Part shown: positions 32,553-42,790 of the stretch, piece after piece
Layout: each line of letters opens with the position of its first letter
Numbering within the stretch: the stretch's first letter is position 1
From: Reclinomonas americana ATCC 50394
Lineage: Eukaryota
DNA length: 42,790 nt
Direction of reading: 5' to 3'
Assembly: GCA_048213135.1 (NCBI GenBank)
Contig: PS015136.1
Coordinates: forward strand, 80,190 to 122,979
The notes under the pieces: generated by a model
Database searches by the model: none
The model's input: only the letters and a program-made list of their open reading frames with translations
Told to the model about the DNA's origin: nothing
Made by a program: the position numbers and the translations under genes

Positions 32553-33394
32553 GCTGTGTGTGTCTGGACTTGGTTGTCTCTCGCACAATGACAAAATTTG
32601 AGATTTGTCCGTGATTTCTCCTTGGTTCGGACGCATGCTCTGTTTCGAATTGTGTGCCGGAAATGGGTGCTGCTGGCGATTGGTGGGCGTAGGGGAAAGT
32701 GGGGTGGCGGCGGCGGGGAGGGGAAGTGAGGTGCGGGAAAGAGATGGGGGGAGGGTGGTGAATGAAGAGCAAAACTGGGTCGTAAATTAATTCACAATAC
32801 GGCGGTCGACTCGGTCTTAGTTCTCTGGACGCACCATAGCGCAAGCCACACAGCAGTGGTCTCTATGAAGGGCACTCCAGCCGATTCAATGCAGCGTGTG
32901 CTGCAGATACATTATCACTGGAGTTGTCCGTGTGTGTGTGTGTTCGCTCTCGGAATCGAGAACTGCGATCTTCACCGCATAAGCGTGGTTGACCAGTGGA
33001 TTTGACGCACTTGCATAAGACGCATAGCGTTCTCTGCGATCGTACACGGCACATCGAATTCGGGAAAAGACCATAAGCCAGGCAAACAAAGCAAAGCCGG
33101 ATCTGTGAATTCGAAGCAAGCAAAGCAGAAAGCAGTGGAGGTGTCGTCATTGGTGGTGAACTCATAACAACAACAAAGTTCATTCACCAACAAACAAGCG
33201 CCGCCAGCAGCCTTGATGCCCAGCAAAAAATCTGTCAACGGGTGAAGGCAAGTTGAAGTGTTCGAGATCGATACAAGATAACATGTACAAGTCGTCGGTC
33301 ACGAGAATTGCGCTGCGATCGGCATCGCACAACAGCGTGGCTCTCACGTTGTTACGGGTTGCTGGCGTTGAGACAATCGCAGCGTCCATACCTG

Positions 33395-34447
33395 TCACGG
33401 CGACGGTATCGACAGTGACAGCGACGACGACGACGACGCTGCAGAAACCGGCCCCTCGCTTCCCAGCTGCTCCACCGGCTCTCGCGGCAGTACGCGCTGA
33501 CGACCAGTACTGCCTTTGAACTTATGCGACGGTGGGGGATCCAGGTGCTCATGAGCTGTACCCTCGTGCGGTCGATACGGGTGTGGAAGCGGCAGGCCAC
33601 TCCGACTCACCGTACGTGGGTCGGGGCCCTTCAGGGACTCGCGGTACTCAAAGATACCGAAGCCGAGGAGAAACGCGGAGCCCAGGGTAAAGGACACTCC
33701 ACCCCACAGGTTGAACCACAGCACGGCGGCCTTGTTGCATAGATAGACGCTGCCGAGGCTGAGCGACTTGTCGTCCTCGGCCACAATGCCGGGCGTGTTG
33801 CATATACGCGCAATTATGTATAACACACTGCCGACCATCAGCAGCGTGGAGCCGGCAATGCTCTGGTTGTGTGGATCGAGCGGGCGCGTCCACTTGACGG
33901 AGCCGACGACCACCGCGTTCGACATGAATAGGAGACTGCCAATGAAGAACAGGGCAGCAGCAGTCAATCCCCACCAATTCGCCACCTCGGTGGCGTTGGC
34001 CAAGTCGACGATCTGAGTCACCAGGAAGCTGATGCCACCCAGGAGGAAGGTCAGCACACCTAGGTGGTACGTCCAGCCTGGACGCTTGCTCGGCCGGTTC
34101 CACAGTTCGCTGTAGGCGGCCTTGGATTCGATGAATCCCTTGGCCACGGTGAAGAGCACGACGCCACCCAGGAAGATGGCATCGCCGAGGGCGCGGCCAC
34201 CAACCCTTGTCACCTGCAGCACCAGCGGCAAGGTGAAGAGGATGGAGCCGACGACAAAGTGCACGCCGCCAAGCATATCGAGGGCGTAATAGTGGCGCCC
34301 CACTGCACGCCACAGCTTCGGAGCGGCCTTGTAGACGCACTTGTGTGGCATGGTGGGCTCCTCTGCTGGATTCGGGTCTGCGAATGGTCGTCTCGCGATC
34401 TTGCAATTGCCTCCGGATCCGCATGCAGGCTCCTCGAGCTCTGCCAT
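33395..34447 (-). CDS. Six-TM membrane protein with repeated YrhK-like helical hairpins, apparently intronless
   Basis: Repeated motifs GGVHFVVGSILF, GVLTFLLGGISF, AALFFIGSLLF, GSTLLMVGSVLY and GGVSFTLGSAF; ATG 34447; a possible donor at 33610 makes the tail uncertain. Confidence 0.7.
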   Translation of the reverse strand: MAELEEPACGSGGNCKIARRPFADPNPAEEPTMPHKCVYKAAPKLWRAVGRHYYALDMLGGVHFVVGSILFTLPLVLQVTRVGGRALGDAIFLGGVVLFTVAKGFIESKAAYSELWNRPSKRPGWTYHLGVLTFLLGGISFLVTQIVDLANATEVANWWGLTAAALFFIGSLLFMSNAVVVGSVKWTRPLDPHNQSIAGSTLLMVGSVLYIIARICNTPGIVAEDDKSLSLGSVYLCNKAAVLWFNLWGGVSFTLGSAFLLGFGIFEYRESLKGPDPRTVSRSGLPLPHPYRPHEGTAHEHLDPPPSHKFKGSTGRQRVLPREPVEQLGSEGPVSAASSSSSLSLSIPSP

Positions 34448-35240
34448 GCGTGCAAGTGCGGTGGGGGTTCGTTGTGTTTGAGTGAGGCGACTTGGCGATT
34501 CTGTGCGGACAGGAGAATCACATTGCGGTCTCTGCCATGACGCGTACGAAGCGCAGCGGGCCCGTCCGCTGCGGGTGTACAAGTCGGGAAAAGATATCAG
34601 AGTGCGCATAGGGATTGTGAGTGCGGTTTGTCGACGTGATCTGGCATAGACCCGGTGCCGCTGCAGCTGTGAGTCTTGGACGTCCTGCACCACCGTGGTT
34701 CGAGGAGTTCGAGTTCTTCCGAGCGACTTCGGCTTACGGAGCTCGAGGTGCCGCTCCGCTACAAAGTCCAGCAGACTCGTACCACCACCTGTTCAACAAC
34801 AACAACAATAACGACAACACCAAAAAGCAAAACAATGCATTCACCACCAAACAAGCCTTGATGCCCAATTTCTGCGTATGTTCGAATATCGGCCAGTACC
34901 ACCATCTCGACTTTCTTTCGTACTGTTCTGCAATGTCTCGATCTCAGTTTCTGATGCTCATTCAAGATGGTGATCATCTGCTTTTGCTTATCAATGCGCG
35001 CGCATATCACGAGGACGTCGACGTCAATCGGAAAATCTCTGTCATGTTCTCAACGTCGACGCTGATCGCCCTCGCGCCTTCCACCGTGCTCTTCACCCCG
35101 GAGAGCATCGCCACTTGTGTGTCATGTTAACAAAGTGCGCATCTCTGCCGCGCTTGACGCAATGTGTCCGCAGCGCTAACGTCGACAGTCGTCGCGTCCT
35201 TGTATTGCACATCACATAACTCTCTCTCCATCGCGAGACG

Positions 35241-35804
35241 ATGAGCCGCTCAGCGCTCAGCCTCGCACTTCTCGTGCTCTTCATCGCCAGCATTCCTTAC
35301 TGGTACGTCTCTCTCTCTCTCTGTGTCTCTCTTTCTCACACACACACTCTCTTATCTTCTCCCCCACTCGCTCCCGCACACAGTTCCGCGCAACCCGTCG
35401 ACCCAGTTTTCCGCAACCAGCTCGTAATCGCCAACATGTGTGACAACACCAACGTGCCTGTCTTCATCGCCGCCGCCAACCGCTACACAGACTCGCTCGT
35501 CGCCTTTTGCAACCAAATCCGCGACTCCCTCACTGTCCTCACGCCCGCCAACAAGCAGGCACTTCTGCAGCCGCTCGTCGCCACCTGCGCTCAGATCCAA
35601 GCACAGGCGGGCTCGATCAAGGCAGTGACGAGCACAATCATTCCGCCCTCGCAGTTTCTGCAGCTATCGACGGGCGACAATGGCGAGCAGGAGGGTGTGG
35701 CCGCTGCGGAGGCACCAATGTACAATGGCAGCGAGTCGCTGTTGCACACGATGCAACAGAGGGAGAGGGAGAGGGAGAGGGATAAGGAGGCGATTAGTGA
35801 GTGA
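35241..35804 (+). CDS. Small secreted helical protein, paralog 1 (exons 35241-35302, 35384-35804)
   Basis: Signal peptide MSRSALSLALLVLFIASIPYC, phase-2 intron, then SAQPVDPVF...DSLVAFCNQIRDSLTVLTP...LQPLVATC. Confidence 0.65.
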   Translation: MSRSALSLALLVLFIASIPYWYVSLSLCVSLSHTHTLLSSPPLAPAHSSAQPVDPVFRNQLVIANMCDNTNVPVFIAAANRYTDSLVAFCNQIRDSLTVLTPANKQALLQPLVATCAQIQAQAGSIKAVTSTIIPPSQFLQLSTGDNGEQEGVAAAEAPMYNGSESLLHTMQQRERERERDKEAISE

Positions 35805-35910
35805 GCAATGAACGCTCGTGAATGGATCTCAGGTTGAGTGAGTGAAGGGAGGGAGCGAGAGAGAGAGAGAGAGAGAGTGAGTGAGTGAGTNNNNNNNNNN
35901 NNNNNNNNNN

Positions 35911-35941
<31 letters not shown>

Positions 35942-36706
35942 CTGAGTGACGGTGAGAAGCAATAGCGAGTGAAGTAGAAGAGCCAGCGAGAGGGTGAAAA
36001 AGGCAGGCAGACGGAGGAGGGGAAGCTTCGAGAGGCGGAGGCTGAGGGTAATGTGAAACAGACAGAAAGCCACACGCAAAATCGAAGGAAGAAAGAAGCA
36101 AAGGAGCGGCAGCGTCGAAAAAAAACGCCGAGAGGCAGAATTCGAATACTAAGAGAATGTCAGAGAGAGAGAGAGAGAAACACGGCAGAACGAGAGAGAG
36201 GGTCTCAGTGATAGGCTCACACAACCCCCAGGAAGCTAGACGCACAGGAAGAGCGAATGCCAGCAGAGAAGGAAGCGCAGTAATTCGAGAACCATGAATG
36301 AGGCTTTCGTGAGAGACACAGACTGGCGGTGAGAGAGAGAGAGAGAGGAAGGAAGGAAAGAAGAAGAGAAGGAGCGGCATCGACGATAATCTCAATAGCG
36401 ACGCAGACAGAAGGAGAGACAGAGAGGCGCCCATCGCCAGAGGCCATGCGACAGTGAAAGACGAAGAAGTGGAAGAGAGGCAGGCTCGAGCTAAGAGACA
36501 TTGGGGAGAGACACAGACAGAAGGTTAGAGAGAGAGAGAGAGAGAGGCTGACACACTGACAGACAGGCAGACACGCAGAGTAAACCGAGAATGAGGAGCG
36601 GCGCAGACCCATCGCCAGAGACAAGCAGGCAACAGGAGAACGTGCGACACGACCTGTTGCGCAATGGCCAGCCCTTCACTAGTCCCACTCTCCGCGCCTC
36701 TCACAA

Positions 36707-36988
36707 TCATCCCGGCGCTTGGCAAGGGAACGGAACATCAATCGCGTCGACAAACACCATGTCATTTTTCGTCAGCTGACACTGCACGATCAACGGCGAG
36801 TAGTCAGCCGCCTTCTTGTCGCCATACAGCTTCGGCAGCGCAGTGGCAAGGGCATCGGCAATGTCGGAGAGTGCATGCGCGAGCGTGTCCATCGCCTGCA
36901 TCGTCATCTGCCAGTTGGCATTCTCGCGTACGCTGGCGTTGCTCAGTGCCGTCCGGCCGATGATGTCAAAGGTGACTTGTGCATGACT

Positions 36989-37031
<43 letters not shown>

Positions 37032-37160
37032 ATGAGTTGACAGCGTGTACGTGTGTGAGAGAGTGGAGAGAGGGAAGCGCCCGGTGACTCACGCTGATGA
37101 TGCAGCAAATGCCAGCAGCACGACGATCGCCAGCGCAGAGAAGACGAGCGCGCGACTCAT
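36707..37160 (-). CDS. Small secreted helical protein, paralog 2 (exons 37093-37160, 36707-36986)
   Basis: Signal peptide MSRALVFSALAIVVLLAFAASSA, phase-2 intron, then HAQVTF...DTLAHALSDIADALATALPKLY...SPLIVQC. Confidence 0.65.
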
Positions 37161-37923
37161 GCTCACAACCAACGAATGGCGATCAAAAAAGAGGACACCG
37201 AATACTGCGTCGACTTCGGGAACAACGACAGCTGGTGGGCACCTCTACGATGGAAAGGTGCGTGCGTGCGCGTGTAAAAGACAGGCACCGCGCACCTGCA
37301 AAGAGGAGGCGCAAAGGAGCAAGATGCGACAATTTTTCCGATCGCGGCTCCACCCGCCATTGACAAGTTGCACACTCTCTCACACTCACTCTCACACTCA
37401 CTCACTCACTCACTCACTCACTCACTCACTCNNNNNNNNNNNNNNNNNNNNNNNNNNNNNNNNNNNNNNNNNNNNNNNNNNNNNNNNNNNNNNNNNNNNN
37501 NNNNNNNNNNNNNNNNNNNNNNNNNNNNNNNNNNNNNNNNNNNNNNNNNNNNNNNNNNNNNNNNNNNNNNNNNNNNNNNNNNNNNNNNNNNNNNNNNNNN
37601 NNNNNNNNNNNNNNNNNNNNNNNNNNNNNNNNNNNNNNNNNNNNNNNNNNNNNNNNNNNNNNNNNNNNNNNNNNNNNNNNNNNNNNNNNNNNNNNNNNNN
37701 NNNNNNNNNNNNNNNNNNNNNNNNNNNNNNNNNNNNNNNNNNNNNNNNNNNNNNNNNNNNNNNNNNNNNNNNNNNNNNNNNNNNNNNNNNNNNNNNNNNN
37801 NNNNNNNNNNNNNNNNNNNNNNNNNNNNNNNNNNNNNNNNNNNNNNNNNNNNNNNNNNNNNNNNNNNNNNNNNNNNNNNNNNNNNNNNNNNNNNNNNNNN
37901 NNNNNNNNNNNNNNNNNNNNNNN

Positions 37924-37962
<39 letters not shown>

Positions 37963-37974
37963 GGCGTCACGTAC

Positions 37975-38036
37975 CACACGGAGGCCACACAGACAATGGT
38001 CGTGACAGCGAGGAGCAGGAAGACGCACGCGCGCAT
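37975..38036 (-). CDS. Signal-peptide exon of probable paralog 3 (second exon presumably in gap 37432-37923)
   Basis: MRACVFLLLAVTTIVCVASV followed by TG|GTACGT; a 62-nt phase-2 exon like that of paralog 1, followed by a (CT)n intron. Confidence 0.5.
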
Positions 38037-38686
38037 CTGATGGAGATGATTGTGTCTGACGGACGAATATGTGAAACCGCTCTCTTTATCTCTCTCACAC
38101 ACGAAGGCAGGTGATTGGAACGCGATAGTTGCCGTGGATGAGCAGTGCCTGGTGCGGTGAGAGACGCCAAGGAGGGAGAGCGGCACCTCGAGCTCGTCGA
38201 CGTTGTCGACGTTATTTCGGAAAAATTCGACGACGTCGACGCTTTCTTCTCCCCGACGCTGAGTGCTCGTTCCGCACCGCCAACATGGCAAGGCCGACTG
38301 TGCCTCGTCAGCGCAGGGCAAGCGGCTTCTCCGTCGCGCCACCGAATATTAATACGATCGCGAATACTTATCGAAATCGGTATGCGCATGCAATCGATAT
38401 TCCGCATGGTAACAACGCTTCCCGCCATGTCAGAGTGAATGCAACCCACCCAACCCTCATAGCATTCTCTTACCGGGCATGCGTGCAATGCCATGGCGTC
38501 GAAAACCTGTTCGCTGTCAGATTGTCCGCCTATCGCAGAGCGACTCGACGTGCATCGCTGTATGAGCTCCACAAACACCCGCCACGCACGCGCACACACA
38601 AGAGTTGAAGCACATAAGAGAGCAGAGATGAGCGGCCAGCAGCCAGACTACGCGGGAGGTGCGTCGCAACCGAATGTCTCACTTGC

Positions 38687-38780
38687 ATGCGTCACTCGTT
38701 CGCGNNNNNNNNNNNNNNNNNNNNNNNNNNNNNNNNNNNNNGTTCTCGTGTGGTCGTCCGTCGTGTCGTCGTCGACCGTC

Positions 38781-38815
<35 letters not shown>

Positions 38816-39149
38816 CACGCACTCACTCTCTGGCACACGCAGTGACGCCCAAGCAACACTCGTCTTCTACAACGACCCCATCACACGCACCCAGTGTCAC
38901 ATCTGGGCCGGCCGCATCGACGCCAACTTCTCGCTTATAAAGTTCACACTCTCGCAGCAGTTGGAGGCCACACGCACGCTGTGTCGCACGTTGCAGAATG
39001 TGCTTCCGGCGCTATTCAGCAACGATGCGGCAAAGATGACGACGTTGCAGTCGACGATTCTCGTCCGGTGCATTGCGCTGGAGAACGCGGCGGCGGCGGT
39101 CTACGGCTTGACCAATTCACTGATGACTATTGATCAGGGGCTTCCGTGA
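38687..39149 (+). CDS. Small secreted helical protein, paralog 4 (first exon partly in gap; exon 2 38843-39149)
   Basis: MRHSFA..gap..VLVWSS, a (CT)n intron with a phase-2 acceptor, then DAQATLVF...EATRTLCRTLQNVLPALF...STILVRC. Confidence 0.6.
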
Positions 39150-40273
39150 GCAGTGTAGCGAGTGGGAGGGAGAGTGTATGAATCGGAATAATCGTGGAGG
39201 AGGAAGAGGAGGAGGGCGAAGGGGGAGGGAGGGAGGGGGGAGAAGGAGAGGGACGAGGGGAAGAAGAGGAGGCTGAGGGAAGAGAGAACAGAGATAGCAC
39301 AGGTCGTGAGGCTTCACTGACAGTGAGCAGAGTGAGGTTAGTTAAGCGGTAGGACATGCGTACACAGCCCGTCTGCGCCGCGGAGCGGTCGGGGGTCGAC
39401 GGTGTCAGCTCACTCTGTCTGTCATTGTTTTGAGCCTTTCCTCTCACATTTCTTCTTTCTACCTGCCAGTACTTTCCAGCAGCAGTGGAAAGTGGAGAGG
39501 GCACAGGAGGGGCATCCGAGAAGAGTGCAGTGAGGATGAAGACAGCGCCGCAGACAGACAAGCAGTCGGGGAGCGAATAAAGAGAGGCAGTCAGAGTGAT
39601 GGGAAGGGGGAGAAAGAGAGAAGATAGAGAGACAGCGACACAGCGATGAAGTGAGAGAGAGGCAGAAAGAAGTCAGTGAGACGGAGAAGGCAGAGAGACA
39701 GAAGCATCAGCATCGACGGGGAAGAGAGAGCAGAATGAGCGACAGCGAGACGGAGGGAGGGTGAAGCTGCGGAGAAGATCGCGGTCAAAGAGAAAGAGAC
39801 AGCAGAATGCAAGAGATACCAGCACCGACAAGAAACAGAGAATAGTTTGAGTGACAGCGACGGAGGAAGGGAGACGGAGAACGGAAGACGAAGATGGGCA
39901 GGCCGAGTTAGCGCCAGCAGCGATAGACAACTTGCAGCTGGACTCGGATCTCGTCGTTTGGATAGCCTGGATAAGTTGCGTTCTCCCGGCACGTGCGCGA
40001 GTTCGCATCTGTCTACAGCATGCAGCATGCAAGCTGTTGGACAGATAAGTGGTTGAGATTGGTCATCGAATTCGCAAACCCTGCAAACCGCAGCAGCAAA
40101 CGAGACGTATTCACGTCCCCGACCGGCCAACGCACAAGCTCAGGGGAAACAAGGACGCATTCTGTATAACGACGAATTAGTCTGTTTAGGGCGAAACCAA
40201 GTCGGAGTTTAGTCGGACTCGACCAACGAAAGAAGCACGCACTTGTCAAACGAGCGCGCGCACACACACACAC

Positions 40274-41220
40274 ATGCCACCGTGGTTCCGCGAGGTACGC
40301 ATCACAACAAACGCCGCTCACACGTGTGCGCACATTACTCACATCACTTTCACACACACAGTTCCTGTGGGGCCGCTCGTCCGCACCTCCACTGACGCCC
40401 ACACGCAGCGCATGCACACTGGCCTCGTGTAACCTCCTCCCTCACACACAACAGCATCATCACTTTCATCGCACACCTCCTCCTCCACAAGTGACAACTA
40501 GTCGTCGTCCTTTTGTTGCTCTTGCTGCGGCGGTGAGCGTTCTCGGAGTGGGAGCCTATTGCATGAGAATGGATGGAAACAGGCATGTGTCGGCGACTCT
40601 TGTGGAGAGACATCATCAGCAGCATCATCATCATGTGGGATTGCAATCATCGTCTTCTGTGGAGCTTGGGTTGTTGCCGAAGAGTGTGGCGGCGGCGAGT
40701 GGGGCGTTTATTACGTCGTTGTTTGGTGAGTGCGATGGGAGGTGCTGTCTCTCTTGCTCTTCTCTCTTCCTGCCTCCTTGATCTTCCTGTGCTCATGATT
40801 CTTGTGTTTTTCGTTGTTGCTCTCGTTGCTCATCTCTCTCCTCTCTCTGTCACACTTCCTTTCTTCTTCTTCTGTGCTTGTCTCACGCTTTATCTTGCTC
40901 TGCCTCTGCAGTCCCTCCCTCGCCTCTCTCTCTCTCTCTCTGCTTTCCTTCTCTTTTCGCACCTCCTTCTCTCTTATCCGTCTTGCTTGTCGCTTTATCT
41001 TGCACTGCCTCTGCAGTCCGTCCCTCGCCCCCTCTCTCCCTTCACTTCCTAACCTCTTGTTCCTCTCCTTGCTCTCTTCTCTTCTCTGCTCTCCCTCTGT
41101 GCTCTCTTTTCTCTTTCATGCTGCCTTCCCTCTTGCTTATCTTCCTGAATGTCTCGCGCTCTCGTTCGCATCTTTCCATGCTTTCTTGCATTCTCGCTTT
41201 TCTTTCTTCTTCCCTTCCCT

Positions 41221-41256
<36 letters not shown>

Positions 41257-42790
41257 CTCTTTCCTTGCATGCTGCATTCGCCTGATGCGGGGTCGTGTGC
41301 CAATTTTCTTCATTGGTGTGTCGCTTGTGTAAGGTGTGTCTGTTCACATCGAAAATCGTGCGTTTCTTCATTGGTGTTGAGTTCTCTTCTATGTGTCACC
41401 TCTTGCTTTCACCTTCGCGTTTGCACCTGTTGCTTCCCCTTCCTTCTCACCCTTCGCTTCCCCCCTTTGCTTCCGTCTTTCTCTCCCCCTTTGCTTCCCC
41501 CCTTTGCTTCTTACCTTCGCTTCCCCCCTTTGCTTCCGTCTTTCTCTCCCCCTTTGCTTCCCCCCTTTGCTTCCCCCTTTGGCTTCCGCCTTCCACTCCC
41601 CTCCTCACCGCTCTCCCTTCCCCATTTCTCACTCTCCACCCTGCAGTGAATCCCCTCGACGTCGCCCGCGTCCGCATGCAAGTCGACAAGATACCCCGCA
41701 CATCCACTCTGGTTCGCACGATGCCTCCTGTCTCTTTTTGCCTCTTTATCTTTTCCACTCATCTTTGCATGCAGAGCGTCATGGCACAACTGCTGCGCGC
41801 GGATGGACCGCGCAGCTTGTATCGCGGCCTGGCGCCATCGCTAATCATGTCGCTACCGGCGACCGGCTTCTACTTTACGTTGTACGAGACGCTGCGCGAT
41901 CGGTTGCACGCGGCACAGTTTGGCGGCAGCTACGCACCGCTGCTGGCCGGCGCCACCGCCCGCACCATCACCACCTTCCTCACGTGTCCATTCGAGGTGC
42001 TCCGCACACGCCTGCAGTCGCAGTCGGGTGTGGAACTGGCCAAGGGGCTCGACATTTTGAGACTCGCCATCAGTCGCAACGGCGTGCTCAGCCTGTGGAC
42101 CGGTCTGGTACCGACATTGATTCGCGATGTTCCATTTAGGTTCGTCTTGGGTTAATGTCATCTCTCTTTCTCTTCCCGTCACTCTGCTCCCTCCCCCTGT
42201 CGCTCTGCTCCCTCTCCGTCACACTGCTCCCCCTGTCGCTCTGCTGTCTCTCCCAGTCGCTCTGCCCCCCCTGTCGCTCTGCTCCCCCTGTCGCTCTGCT
42301 CCCTCTCCCAGACGCTCTGCCCCTCTCTCCCAGTCGCTCTGCTCCCTCTCCCAGTCGCTCTGCTCCCTCTCCCTCTCCTCCCTTTTCCCTCTCTCTCTTT
42401 CTCCCCTCCCCCCTCCCCCTCACCCCCTCCCGCAGTGCAATCTACTGGCTCGGCTACGAGTGGATCAAGGCCGGCGTGCATCGCATCTCCTGGTGGCCCT
42501 CCGAATCGACCATGTTGACGCCGTTTGTGGCCGGCGCCGTCTCCGGCAGCATCGCCGCCCTCATCACGCTGCCAGTGGACGTCATCAAAACGCTGTCGCA
42601 GTCGCAAATGGAGGTTTGTCGAGCGTCGTCGCGGGTGTGTTGTTGCTTCGGTGACTGACAGACATCGCAGGGTGATCGAGCGACCAAGCGAACGCCCATG
42701 CAACACGCCAGGCATCTGTGGAAGGAAGAGGGCTTCCGTGGGTTCACGCGTGGCCTCGGGCCACGACTGCTGCGAGTGGCGCCGAGCTGC
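40274..42790 (+). CDS. Mitochondrial carrier, SLC25A39/40 (Mtm1) subfamily, 3'-truncated by the window end
   Basis: Carrier signatures PLDVARVRMQ, PFEVLRTRLQ and PVDVIKT; subfamily motifs GAFITSLF, LIMSLPATGFYFTLYE, LWTGLVPTLIRDVPFSAIYWLGYE and PRLLRVAPSC. The N-terminal exons (40274-40294, 40362-40725) are inferred. Confidence 0.9.
41450..41582. repeat. Pyrimidine-rich ~63-bp tandem duplication in carrier intron
   Basis: CCTTCGCTTCCCCC(C)TTTGCTTCCGTCTTTCTCTCCCCC(C)TTTGCTTCCCCCCTTTGCTTC occurs twice. Confidence 0.85.
42176..42372. repeat. ~18-21-bp minisatellite (GTCGCTCTGCTCCC...) in carrier intron
   Basis: About 9-10 degenerate copies visible. Confidence 0.85.

Noticed and set aside
34621-35130. 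169-aa plus-strand ORF and overlapping minus-strand ORFs
   Set aside because: No ATG-anchored coherent gene model, no recognisable domain, and includes a CAA repeat.

Overview
Draft (N-gapped) scaffold of an intron-dense, GC-rich, microsatellite-rich eukaryote, probably a protist; no prokaryotic operons, CRISPR arrays or RNA genes were recognised. Manual splicing (exon boundaries inferred from reading-frame continuity and protein homology) gives this gene order: ankyrin-repeat gene (-), mitochondrial GatA/QRSL1 (+), ecdysoneless/ECD (-), KH splicing factor KHDC4/BLOM7 (+), a large cadherin-like/PA14/IPT single-pass surface protein (-), a small hydrophobic ORF and a ~185-bp tandem array, a PH-domain gene (-), an intronless YrhK-like membrane protein (-), four probably paralogous small secreted proteins (+,-,-,+) and an SLC25A39/40-type mitochondrial carrier (+, truncated by the window end). 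Most notable observations: (1) a ~3-kb intronic insertion made of two head-to-tail units with identical ends but unrelated interiors, one carrying a tyrosine-recombinase remnant; (2) a frequent shifted GTTRYG class of 5' splice sites; (3) an ACTCAC motif array and a decayed exon duplicate inside KHDC4; (4) PA14 domains inserted inside cadherin-like repeats.
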